NCBI GenBank assembly: GCA_039714495.1
Contig: JBDLJD010000002.1
Span: 268 to 64,267, forward strand
DNA from: Thermodesulfobacteriota bacterium
GTDB taxonomy: Bacteria; Desulfobacterota; Desulfobacteria; Desulfobacterales; B30-G6
Direction: 5' to 3'
DNA length: 64,000 nucleotides
How positions within the stretch are numbered: position 1 is the stretch's first letter; every line of letters begins with the position of its first letter. Shown piece after piece: positions 7,896 to 16,605 of the stretch. The notes beneath the pieces were generated by a model. That model saw only the letters and a program-made list of their open reading frames with translations, did no database searches and had not been told where the DNA came from. The translations under genes were made by a program, and so were the position numbers.

Positions 7896-9578
7896 ATGGC
7901 CTATTTTATAACGGAAAAATGTACCGGGTGCACGGCCTGTGCGCGTATCTGCCCGACAGGCGCGGTATTAGGGGAAAAAGAGGAACGCCACAAGATCGAT
8001 GAGCAAACTTGTATCGAGTGTGATGCCTGCGGAAAAGTGTGCCCGGACAGTGCGGTTCAGGATGCCTCAGGAAACGAGGTGCAGAGGGTAAAACGCAGCG
8101 AGTGGCAGAAACCGTATTTTGATAAGAAAAAATGCAATGGGTGTGCCATCTGCCTGGATGTCTGCCCTACAGACTGTATTTCCCTAGGGGTCCCGGGAGT
8201 CAATGACCCGCATGCCTACCCCGAAGTTGCCAACCCCAAAGCCTGTATCGGCTGCGGATTTTGTGCCCAGGAGTGCCCGGTAGATGCCATCGAGATGGCT
8301 GTCCAGCTTGTAATAGATGATAAAATTGAAGCGCAGAAGGCCAAAGAGGAAAAAAGTGTCAAGTGGTTGCTGAAAAAATTCTTTTTTCGGGCAATTCAAA
8401 AAGTAATGAAAGTTGCAGCCATGGTGTTGCCGTTTCGGGTACCCGTCATTTTGACCGGCCCGGGAAGTGTCAAAACACTGGTGGATAACATCAAGGCCAG
8501 GGGCCTTAACAATATCCTGGTGGTCACTGATAAGGTCCTGATGAATTTGAACCTTCTGGACGGACTGCAGGCAGCGCTGAAAGAGAACGATATTCAATAT
8601 GTCATTTTCGACGATGTCCAGCCCAACCCGACCATTGAAAATGTCGAAGCCGGCCGGGAAATATATAAACAAAACAAATGCAGAGGATTCATTGCTTTCG
8701 GGGGCGGGTCACCCATCGACTGCGCTAAAGCTATCGGTGCGAGAGTCAGAAACCCGTATCTTCCCGTACGCTACATGGGGGGACTCTTCAGGGTTTTGAT
8801 ACCGATCCCGCCTTTTTTCTGCATACCCACCACTGCCGGAACCGGGTCGGAAACAACCATAGCCGCAATTGTGACCAATGCGGAAACCCACGAAAAATTT
8901 GCGATCATGGATCCAAAGCTGATTCCGAAGATCGCTGTGCTGGATCCGGAACTGATGGTCGGCCTTCCACCCTTTATAACCGCCACCACGGGTATGGATG
9001 CCTTGACCCATGCCGTGGAAGCCTACATAAATCAAAATGGCACGGCCTACACCGATGAAAATGCCGAATTGGCGACAAAGCTTATTTTCGAAAACCTGGA
9101 GAAAGCCTATGACGACGGTTCCGACATGGAAGCGCGTAACAATATGGCCCTGGCGTCCTTTTATGCCGGGATTGCCTTCACGAGAGCCTATGTGGGTTAT
9201 GTACATGCCATAGCCCATCGTTTGGGCGGGCTTTATGGCGTGCCCCACGGGCTGGCAAATGCTGTTGTTTTGCCGTATGTCCTGGAGTACAGCCGCAAAG
9301 AAGCGGAGAAAAAGCTTGCCAAGCTGGCCATTGCCGGGGGTATTGGTTCCGAAGGCGAATCAAACGAGGAACTGTCTCATCGATTCATCGAGAAAGTAAA
9401 AGCCATGAATGCGAAGATGCATATCCCGGCCTATATCGAAAAACTCAAGGAAAGTGATATTCCGTTGATCGTCAATCGTGCATTCAATGAGGCGCATCCC
9501 CTCTACCCGGTGCCCAGGATCATGACACCCCAGGATTGTGCAGATCTTGTCAGGAAACTTCTGCCCAAAAAACCTTAA
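7896..9578 (+). CDS. Poly-ferredoxin (4x CxxCxxCxxxCP) fused to iron-containing alcohol dehydrogenase
   Basis: The first 130 aa carry four [4Fe-4S] motifs. The rest is a Fe-ADH fold (GGGSPIDCAKA, HAxxHxLGG with His ligands). Confidence 0.9.
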   Translation: MAYFITEKCTGCTACARICPTGAVLGEKEERHKIDEQTCIECDACGKVCPDSAVQDASGNEVQRVKRSEWQKPYFDKKKCNGCAICLDVCPTDCISLGVPGVNDPHAYPEVANPKACIGCGFCAQECPVDAIEMAVQLVIDDKIEAQKAKEEKSVKWLLKKFFFRAIQKVMKVAAMVLPFRVPVILTGPGSVKTLVDNIKARGLNNILVVTDKVLMNLNLLDGLQAALKENDIQYVIFDDVQPNPTIENVEAGREIYKQNKCRGFIAFGGGSPIDCAKAIGARVRNPYLPVRYMGGLFRVLIPIPPFFCIPTTAGTGSETTIAAIVTNAETHEKFAIMDPKLIPKIAVLDPELMVGLPPFITATTGMDALTHAVEAYINQNGTAYTDENAELATKLIFENLEKAYDDGSDMEARNNMALASFYAGIAFTRAYVGYVHAIAHRLGGLYGVPHGLANAVVLPYVLEYSRKEAEKKLAKLAIAGGIGSEGESNEELSHRFIEKVKAMNAKMHIPAYIEKLKESDIPLIVNRAFNEAHPLYPVPRIMTPQDCADLVRKLLPKKP

Positions 9579-9769
9579 AACTTGAATTTCAGTGTGGCAG
9601 TGGCACCCAATTTCAGCGTTTGCTCCACATAACTCCTGGCTGGATCACCGTAGAAGGCAAGGTCGATGTTGAACCGCTCGAGAACCCAACCCAACCCCAG
9701 ACTTGCCCCGGTGCCAGGCCATGGAATGTCTTCCTTGTATTCGTCCTTAAAAGAAAACCCGAAATCCAT
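9575..9769 (-). pseudogene. Possible C-terminal remnant of an outer-membrane beta-barrel protein
   Basis: 64-aa ORF with alternating hydrophobic residues ending in ...ATLKFKF (C-terminal Phe). There is no signal peptide or N-terminal part. Confidence 0.3.
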
Positions 9770-9771
9770 TT

Positions 9772-10170
9772 TTACTTGTTTGACGATGGCGCCAGCAGGA
9801 AGCCAAAACCGATAAAAATGGATCCGCTTGTACGGTTGACCGCCTTGATCCGATGCATCCCAGTTAGCCAGTTCTTGGCGCTATGAGCCAGCAGGGCATA
9901 GCCCATCAGGAAAAAGAAAGAAAAAGACATCAGGGTAGCAATCAGGATAGTGAACTGGGGAACCAGTGCATGGCCGATACTAATAAACTGCGGAAAGAGA
10001 GCGGTGAGAAAAACGATAGCCTTAGGATTGCTCACAGCTACACCTAAAGCCTGGAGAAAGATCTTTCGGCCCGAGGTATCTGGGACATCAGCCTGGCCGA
10101 CGAATTTTGAAAAATACAACCCTTCTTGGAATATCATTCTCAGGCCTTGGTACACTGTCCAATGGGACAC
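9772..10170 (-). pseudogene. LysE/RhtB-family exporter lacking about 70 N-terminal residues
   Basis: FLQALGVAVSNPKAIVFLTALFPQFI is the LysE signature. The ORF covers only the C-terminal two-thirds, and the upstream DNA is AT-rich and non-coding. Confidence 0.55.
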
Positions 10171-10400
10171 ATATGTATCATTTATTTAAATATGATACAT
10201 GCGCATAGCTTTAAATATTAAATATATCAATTAGTTATGAATGTGCCAGCGTGGCATGCTTCTTGCTCTGTTACTAAGCTATAATAATGGAGTGACATAT
10301 GCGACCGTACCTAAATATAATTTTTCTTTTTGTTGCTATATGTAAAGTGGATTAGGATAAAATCCCAATTCGATCGGTAAATTAATATGAAGAGGGAGAT

Positions 10401-10628
10401 ATGATGAAAAACATAATTTTAATTGGGGCACTGGCATTGCTCCTAATTGGGTGTAGTCATGCTGAAAAGGAATCAGGGTTTTTGGAGCATAAGACTCTAT
10501 ACAAAAATTGGGATCATGCAAAATATAGTTTGTGGGGTTATCGCAACCCAACCCCTGAAGATTTAAAAAAATCTCAGGAACAGGGATGGTGGGGCTCTGA
10601 GGTGTCCATTGAGCCAGCGGAAGATTAG
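10401..10628 (+). CDS. Small lipoprotein (hypothetical)
   Basis: 75 aa with a lipobox (LLLIGC). AGAGGGAG precedes the start. A hairpin at 10664-10690 follows. Confidence 0.5.
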   Translation: MMKNIILIGALALLLIGCSHAEKESGFLEHKTLYKNWDHAKYSLWGYRNPTPEDLKKSQEQGWWGSEVSIEPAED

Positions 10629-10694
10629 TTAAATTGTGAGAATGGCTACAACCAAATTCAAAAGGCAGAGCCACTACGAGACTCTGCCTTAAAC

Positions 10695-10910
10695 TTGATT
10701 CTGAAGGGAGGCACCTTAAAGGACGTACAGGAATTTTTGGGCCACAAGTCCATGGCCATGACGTTGAGATATGCGCACCTTACCCAGGAACACAAACGCA
10801 ACGCCGTAAACCTGCTTAACGATCTTCCCGCCCCGAAACAGTCTGAGAAATCCACCTGTCACAAATCTGTCACAAAAACAAAGCCGAGACAAGTTTCCTC
10901 GGCTAAGTGA
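10695..10910 (+). pseudogene. C-terminal fragment of a tyrosine recombinase/phage integrase
   Basis: LGHKSMAMTLRYAHL carries the catalytic-Tyr box. Only about 70 codons remain, and a stop lies immediately upstream in frame. The fragment is 10 nt from the 3' end of tRNA-Ala. Confidence 0.7.
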
Positions 10911-10919
10911 TTGATTTTA

Positions 10920-10995
10920 TGGTGGAGCTGAGGGGGATCGAACCCCTGACCTCATGACTGCCAGTCATGCGCTCTCCCAGCTGAGCTACAGCCCC
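10920..10995 (-). tRNA. tRNA-Ala (anticodon GGC)
   Basis: The reverse complement GGGGCTGTAGCTCAGCTGGGAGAGCGCATGACTGGCAGTCATGAGGTCAGGGGTTCGATCCCCCTCAGCTCCACCA folds as a cloverleaf. It has the G3:U70 Ala identity pair, anticodon loop CTGGCAG, and an encoded CCA. Confidence 0.93.
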
Positions 10996-11078
10996 ATTGA
11001 GGAGGCGAACGTAGCAAAATCAGGCTGGGGTGTCAATCATTATTTCACATCTGGAGCATTGAAAATAATCATATTCTA

Positions 11079-11104
11079 ACCATTCTATAAATTTGAAACG
11101 TTCA
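11079..11104 (+). promoter_or_regulatory. Dispersed motif A copy 2 (ACCATTCTATAAATTTGAAACGTTCA)
   Basis: See 5772-5797. It is followed by a small hairpin, TTCAC-N6-GTGAA. It lies 177 nt upstream of ppiD. Confidence 0.65.
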
Positions 11105-11280
11105 CTTTTGGTGTGAATAATCGAGGGGGTATTTCTAATGAAGAGTTGACAAAAACAAATCTAAAAAATAGATTCAAACACTTTAAAATCTTGATCTTGT
11201 ACAAGTCAGAGGTTTCACCATAAAACTCGGGGCAAGATTGAGACAAAATATGGGCTAAAAATTAATTGAGGTGAAATCCA

Positions 11281-13167
11281 ATGCTGAGTTTGATGCGTAA
11301 ACATGCAACGAGTTGGTTGATCAAGATTCTGCTGGGCGCCATTGTCGTTGTTTTTGTATTCTGGGGTGTGGGGAGCTTCCGCAGTCGTAAGGCCAGTTCC
11401 GTTGCAAGCGTGAACGGTGTTATTATTACCGCCGAGGAATACAACCAGACCTATAATGCGCTGCTGGAGCAGATGCGGCAGCGCTTTGGCAACAACCTGA
11501 ATGAAGAGATGGTCAAAATGTTGCGCATTGACCAACAGGCCATGGATCAGTTGGTAGATCAGGCCCTTATACTTCAAGAGGCCGCCAAACTGAAACTGAG
11601 GGTCACCGATGAGGAAGTCGTGGATTCCATTACGGGCATTGCCGCCTTTCAGAGCAATGGCCAATTCGACCGCCGCCTGTACCAACGGATACTGGAATTC
11701 AACCGCCTGACGCCCGAGGGGTTTGAAAAAATGCAGAGAGACACGCTGCTCACAGGCAAACTGCGCTCATATGTGGGGAGCAATGTCCAGGTCTCAGTTG
11801 ACGAAGCCAACACATACTATCAATGGCAAAACACAGTTGTGGGTATCGAATATGCGGTATTCAAGCCGGATACCTACAAGGAGATCAGCTTGTCGGAAGA
11901 GGAGATTCAGGCCTACTTTGATGAGAACAAGACAAGCTATAAAACCGATCCTGTGGTCAATGTCCAATATATCAGGTTCAGCTCGGAAGCGTACAAAGAC
12001 AAGGCTGTGGTGACAGAAGAAGAAATACAGGAATATTATACCAGCAACACCCCGGAATTCGACCAGCCCAAGACCGTGGAGGCACGTCACATCCTCATTA
12101 AGGTGGCTCAGGACGCTGCCGAGGAGGAGGTGGCGCTGGCCCGGGCCAGAGCCGTGGAAGTCCTGGACAAGTACAAGGCGGGAACCCCCTTTGCCGAGTT
12201 GGCCCAACAGTACTCGGAGGGCCCATCCAAGAACAACGGCGGGCATCTGGGAACCTTTAAAAAGGAAGACATGGTGGCGCCTTTTGCGGAAAAGGCTTTT
12301 TCCATGGCCGCAGGAGACGTCAGCGAACCGGTAAAGACGCGGTTTGGGTGGCACCTGATTCTGGTGGAAAAAGTAAATGAGGCCTCCACTAAGTCACTGG
12401 AAGAGGCTAGTAGCGATATTAAAAACAAACTGGTCGATGTAAAAGCCGACAACTTTGCCTATGATGCGGCAGAGACCTTTTACGATCAGACCCTGGAAGG
12501 GGATGACCTGGCCGAAACTACCATGGGTACGGGCCTTACAGTGATAAAAACAGGTCAGTTCAACCGGCAGGGAATATCATTGCAGGGGGTTGCGGATCGC
12601 ACCAAATTTATTGCCGCAGCATTTGGCCTGGAGTTGAACCAAATTAGTGAAATTCAAGATTTATCAGATGGTTATTATCTGATGCAGGTGATCGAAACCC
12701 TGCCGGGAAAAATTCCTGAACTCGAAACGGTGAAAAAAGAGGTCAGCGAGGACCTGAAAAAGGTAAAACAAAAGGAGATGGCGCAAAAGGATGCCGATGC
12801 ACTGCTGGAGGCTTTGAGGAACGATCCTGAAGGGGACATGGCAACCAAAGCCGTTTTTTCGGCAACCGGGGATTTTAAACGCAACGCATCCATACCCGAA
12901 ATAGGATATGAGAACGAAATATCGAGCGCCGCGTTCATGCTCACCAAGGAAAAACCGCTTCCTGAAAAGACCTTCAACGCTACCCAGGGGACCTATGTTA
13001 TCCGTCTTAAAAATAGAAAGTTGCCTGATGCCGAAGGATTTGATAAAGAAAAAGATCAGATCAAAGAAACCCTCCTGGTGCGCAAGCAGTCACAGACATT
13101 CAATGCATGGCTGCAACAGATAAAAGACAACAGTGAGATCACGATCAAGGACGGCGTTGTTGAATAA
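11281..13167 (+). CDS. ppiD: Periplasmic chaperone / peptidyl-prolyl isomerase PpiD
   Basis: 628 aa with an N-terminal membrane anchor (SWLIKILLGAIVVVFVFWG), a SurA-N-like domain and a central parvulin domain (ARHILIK...GGHLGTF...GWHLI). Confidence 0.85.
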   Translation: MLSLMRKHATSWLIKILLGAIVVVFVFWGVGSFRSRKASSVASVNGVIITAEEYNQTYNALLEQMRQRFGNNLNEEMVKMLRIDQQAMDQLVDQALILQEAAKLKLRVTDEEVVDSITGIAAFQSNGQFDRRLYQRILEFNRLTPEGFEKMQRDTLLTGKLRSYVGSNVQVSVDEANTYYQWQNTVVGIEYAVFKPDTYKEISLSEEEIQAYFDENKTSYKTDPVVNVQYIRFSSEAYKDKAVVTEEEIQEYYTSNTPEFDQPKTVEARHILIKVAQDAAEEEVALARARAVEVLDKYKAGTPFAELAQQYSEGPSKNNGGHLGTFKKEDMVAPFAEKAFSMAAGDVSEPVKTRFGWHLILVEKVNEASTKSLEEASSDIKNKLVDVKADNFAYDAAETFYDQTLEGDDLAETTMGTGLTVIKTGQFNRQGISLQGVADRTKFIAAAFGLELNQISEIQDLSDGYYLMQVIETLPGKIPELETVKKEVSEDLKKVKQKEMAQKDADALLEALRNDPEGDMATKAVFSATGDFKRNASIPEIGYENEISSAAFMLTKEKPLPEKTFNATQGTYVIRLKNRKLPDAEGFDKEKDQIKETLLVRKQSQTFNAWLQQIKDNSEITIKDGVVE

Positions 13168-13249
13168 CTACCTGGATCTTGCAAATTAAGGGAACGGCAA
13201 CCGTACTGCGTTGCATAAGACCTCATGACGCATCTGAAAAGGCAGGCAC

Positions 13250-13486
13250 ATGAAAACAACAGATGATCTTATCGTTAAAAAGGCACCCCAGGTCAGCAAG
13301 AAATGCCCCAATTGTTATGAGCATATCCCCCTGGATGTAGAAAAATGTCCGTCATGTAAAAAAACAGTTGGGATGGTTGATAAGCACGGAATGGCCACCC
13401 GCAGGGTGGATTGGATGAGCTACCTCATCTGTTTTCTATCATGGCTGGCGTTGGGGTTGTATCTCAAGTTTGCATTTTTTAGCTGA
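13250..13486 (+). CDS. Small zinc-ribbon membrane protein (hypothetical)
   Basis: 78 aa with a CPNC...CPSC ribbon followed by one TM helix. Confidence 0.45.
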   Translation: MKTTDDLIVKKAPQVSKKCPNCYEHIPLDVEKCPSCKKTVGMVDKHGMATRRVDWMSYLICFLSWLALGLYLKFAFFS

Positions 13487-13542
13487 ATCGAGCGTTACAA
13501 ATTTTAAGGATATTGAATTTGTTCTAGTTCAGGTAGAAACCC

Positions 13543-14106
13543 ATGTCCGAACTGACCGCTTCAGATCAGGCCTTCCTTTTAAGCCTGGCCCGCCACGAAA
13601 TTATTGCCATGCTGCAAAGCAAGGCGGATCTTCAAAGGCCTGAATCACTTTCATCCGCAGTATTTGAAAATCGGGGCTGCTTTGTAACCCTGCATCAGAA
13701 CCGGGAACTCAGGGGGTGCATCGGCACCATCGAACCTGAGCGAGCCCTGATCGACAATGTTTCGGAAAATGCGGCCAATGCCGCCTTCCGGGACCCCAGG
13801 TTTTCACCGGTCTCCCTCAAGGAACTCGACTCCATCGATATTGAAATCAGCGTGTTAACGCCGCCAAAGGCGTTGACCTTCGAAGATGGGGAAGACCTCA
13901 AGCGGCAGCTCGAGCCGGGCATACACGGTGTTATCCTTTCAAGGGACTGGCACAGGTCCACCTTTCTCCCCCAGGTCTGGGAGCAGCTGCCCGACAAGGA
14001 GATTTTTCTGGGGCATCTCTGCATGAAGGGGGGCATGGGGGAGGAGTGCTGGAAAAGCACGGATACCAAGGTGGAAGTCTACACGGCCTCCTACTTCTCC
14101 GAGTAA
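13543..14106 (+). CDS. AMMECR1-domain protein
   Basis: 187 aa containing RGCIGTIEP, DPRF and STFLPQVW, the AMMECR1 signatures. Confidence 0.85.
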   Translation: MSELTASDQAFLLSLARHEIIAMLQSKADLQRPESLSSAVFENRGCFVTLHQNRELRGCIGTIEPERALIDNVSENAANAAFRDPRFSPVSLKELDSIDIEISVLTPPKALTFEDGEDLKRQLEPGIHGVILSRDWHRSTFLPQVWEQLPDKEIFLGHLCMKGGMGEECWKSTDTKVEVYTASYFSE

Positions 14107-14167
14107 TTTATTTTGTGTATTCAGGTTGATTATTCAAATAGTCAACCTGAATACACAAAATAAATTA
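14104..14167. repeat. Perfect 26-bp inverted repeat (AT-rich) with a 12-nt loop
   Basis: TAATTTATTTTGTGTATTCAGGTTGA (14104-14129) pairs with TCAACCTGAATACACAAAATAAATTA (14142-14167). It starts at the stop codon of the AMMECR1 gene. Confidence 0.9.
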
Positions 14168-14324
14168 CGTGACGGCCTGCGGCCTATATTACCAATAAGC
14201 TTCAACCCTCATTTTTTCAGTTGTCTATTCAGTTTCTTCATTCGTGATCGAATAGGCGAGACTGGAAAGATGATATTTGAAGACACATATTCAGGGGTTA
14301 TTCATAGCGGCGAAGCCGCGTATA

Positions 14325-14385
14325 CTAACAAATTGGAGCCGATAGCGTACACAATCTGTGTACGCTATCGGCTCCAATTTGTTAG
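14325..14385. repeat. Perfect 29-bp inverted repeat with a 3-nt loop
   Basis: CTAACAAATTGGAGCCGATAGCGTACACA (14325-14353), loop atc, then TGTGTACGCTATCGGCTCCAATTTGTTAG (14357-14385). It overlaps the helicase stop codon at 14382-14384. Confidence 0.9.
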
Positions 14386-16304
14386 AAAGTGTAACGCACT
14401 TCGAGAGCGTCTTCGGCCAGGTGCTCGAGAAACCTCGAAGGCCTATTCAAAATCATGCCCGTGGCACGATCATAGGCCTGGCCGGGACAGATAAAATAGA
14501 GGTTGTCCTCCGCCCGGGTGGCTGCCACGTACATCAGCCGCAATTCCTCTTCGATTTCATCTTCCTTGTTAAGGGACCTGAGCGCCGGAAACCTGCCGTC
14601 GAGAGACCAGATAATGAATATTGTATGCCATTCAAGTCCTTTGGCCGAGTGAATGGTGGAAAGGGTCAGTCGGCTTTCATCAGACGGCTGTGCGGCGGAG
14701 AACGCGCCTTCGATGGTGTTGCTGGGGGGCTCGATGGCCATGTCGGTGAGAAACGCCTCGAGGTCGCTGTAGCGTTCCATGATAGTAAGGAGTTGTTCCA
14801 AATCCCGTTCCCGCTTTGGATAATTGTCGAACCTGTGCCTCAATATGGGCTGATAGTACTGGACGATATGCTCACCCAGGCCGGCGATGGTCATGTTCTC
14901 CGGGTCGAGAGCCGCAAAAAGGGACTTCAGTTTTTCTACGGATTTGGTTATCGTCGGTTTCAGCTTCAGGTGCTCCAGCCCCCTGTATCCGGCGCGCGTG
15001 TCCCTCAGGTCACTGAAAAGCCGGGCAGCTCCCTTGGGCCCTACTTTTTCCAGCAACAGCAGGATGCGGTTCCAACTGACACTGTCGTCGGGGTTGTGGA
15101 TAACCTTCAAATAGGCCAGCACATCCTTGATATGGGCGGAATCCATGAATTTGAACCCGCCCACTTTGACAAAGGGAATACCCTCTCTGCCCAGCTCGAT
15201 TTCGAGATCAAATGAGTGAAAACCGGCCCTGAACAGCACCGCAATCCGGTTGAGGCGGACGCCCTTGAGGGAAAGGTCCCTGATATGGTCGATGATAAAG
15301 CGGGACTGGCTGTTTTCGTCGGGGGTCATAACAAGTCGTGGACAGGAGCCTCCCTTTTTCCTGGAAAAGAGGGTTTTGGTGTATTTGTAGGCGGCCTGGT
15401 CGATGATCTGATTGGTCAGATGGAGGATCGGTTGTACGCTCCGGTAGTTTTCTTCCAGCCGGATCACGGTGGTTCCGGGAAAATGATCAGGAAAGGAGAG
15501 GATGTTTTTGATCTCAGCCCCCCGGAAGGCATAAATGCTCTGGGAATCGTCGCCGACCACCATGACATTATTGCGATCGCCTGCGAGCAGGTAAATAATG
15601 TCCGCCTGAATCTGATTGGTGTCCTGGTATTCATCCACCATGATGTATTCAAATGCGGATGAAATGTGCTGCCGGATGTCGGGGAACTCCTTTAGCAGAC
15701 GGTGGAAAATAATCAGAAGATCATCATAATCCATGAGATTGTGCGTGTTTTTGTGCTGGGTGTAGGCGGCATACAGCTGGCCCAGTGCCTCCATGTGGGC
15801 CGAAAAATGGGGATAATCATCGTAGATGACGTCCTCCAGAGGCATGACTTTGTTGACGCTCCGGCTGAACAGGCTGGCCATGGTGCCTTTTTTAGGAAAC
15901 GAGCGGTCCTTCTCCCCCAGGCCCATCTCCTTTTTGAGCATGACAATCAGGTTTTCCATGTCCACACGATCGATGATCGTAAAACTGCGGTCATACCCCA
16001 GATGGGTCGCGTAGCGCCGCAGCATGGAGTTGGCGAATGAATGGAAGGTGCCGCCGGAAACATTTTCACACCGGTCGTCCAAAAGACGGGATGCCCTTTG
16101 CAGCATTTCCTGGGAGGCCTTGCGGGTGAAGGTCAACAACAGGATGGCGTACGGGGGTATACCAGCTTCTACGAGCCGCGCCACCCTGTAGGTAAGGGTT
16201 CGGGTCTTTCCGCTTCCGGCCCCGGCGATGACCAATAGCGGCCCCTGGTCGAAATTGACGGCTTCGAACTGTGCCTCGTTCAGGTGTTTTTTATAATCGA
16301 TCAT
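14382..16304 (-). CDS. uvrD: UvrD/PcrA/Rep-family ATP-dependent DNA helicase
   Basis: 640 aa containing LNEAQFEAV, AGAGSGKTRTL (Walker A), DEYQDTN and later helicase motifs. Confidence 0.9.
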   Translation of the reverse strand: MIDYKKHLNEAQFEAVNFDQGPLLVIAGAGSGKTRTLTYRVARLVEAGIPPYAILLLTFTRKASQEMLQRASRLLDDRCENVSGGTFHSFANSMLRRYATHLGYDRSFTIIDRVDMENLIVMLKKEMGLGEKDRSFPKKGTMASLFSRSVNKVMPLEDVIYDDYPHFSAHMEALGQLYAAYTQHKNTHNLMDYDDLLIIFHRLLKEFPDIRQHISSAFEYIMVDEYQDTNQIQADIIYLLAGDRNNVMVVGDDSQSIYAFRGAEIKNILSFPDHFPGTTVIRLEENYRSVQPILHLTNQIIDQAAYKYTKTLFSRKKGGSCPRLVMTPDENSQSRFIIDHIRDLSLKGVRLNRIAVLFRAGFHSFDLEIELGREGIPFVKVGGFKFMDSAHIKDVLAYLKVIHNPDDSVSWNRILLLLEKVGPKGAARLFSDLRDTRAGYRGLEHLKLKPTITKSVEKLKSLFAALDPENMTIAGLGEHIVQYYQPILRHRFDNYPKRERDLEQLLTIMERYSDLEAFLTDMAIEPPSNTIEGAFSAAQPSDESRLTLSTIHSAKGLEWHTIFIIWSLDGRFPALRSLNKEDEIEEELRLMYVAATRAEDNLYFICPGQAYDRATGMILNRPSRFLEHLAEDALEVRYTF

Positions 16305-16487
16305 GTATTGTATCGTGTTTGGTGTTATGGTGTTGCTTGTTTTGTGTTGAATGCCTTTAACGCTTAATCCTGAAGGGTAAGCAACATGGTAAAAAAGTTA
16401 TCATCCTTAAAAGACACCAGGGATGATATCCAGTGCATTACCCTATTGTTGTTGTATTAATAGTAATAACAAATCGTTAGCTAATAG

Positions 16488-16508
16488 TTACCATGTTGTT
16501 TATGCAAC
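16488..16508 (+). promoter_or_regulatory. Dispersed motif B copy 2 (TTACCATGTTGTTTATGCAAC)
   Basis: See 3337-3357. It is preceded by CTAAT-N3, as in copy 1. TATAAT lies 16 nt after the internal TTGTTT. It is 98 nt upstream of the M16 peptidase start. Confidence 0.6.
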
Positions 16509-16605
16509 CTTGAGGTTTATAATCGCGGGGGGTGCCCAAAGTCAATCAATAAGGTTTGAAAAAAGCGTGAAGTGCAGGTAAATAAGGAGTTAAGGAGAGG
16601 ATCGA

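Noticed and set aside
14358-15215. 285-aa plus-strand ORF, with others (15216-15662, 15702-16040) antisense to the helicase
   Set aside because: These are shadow ORFs opposite a full-length UvrD/PcrA-type gene. Their composition is low-complexity and they carry no motifs.
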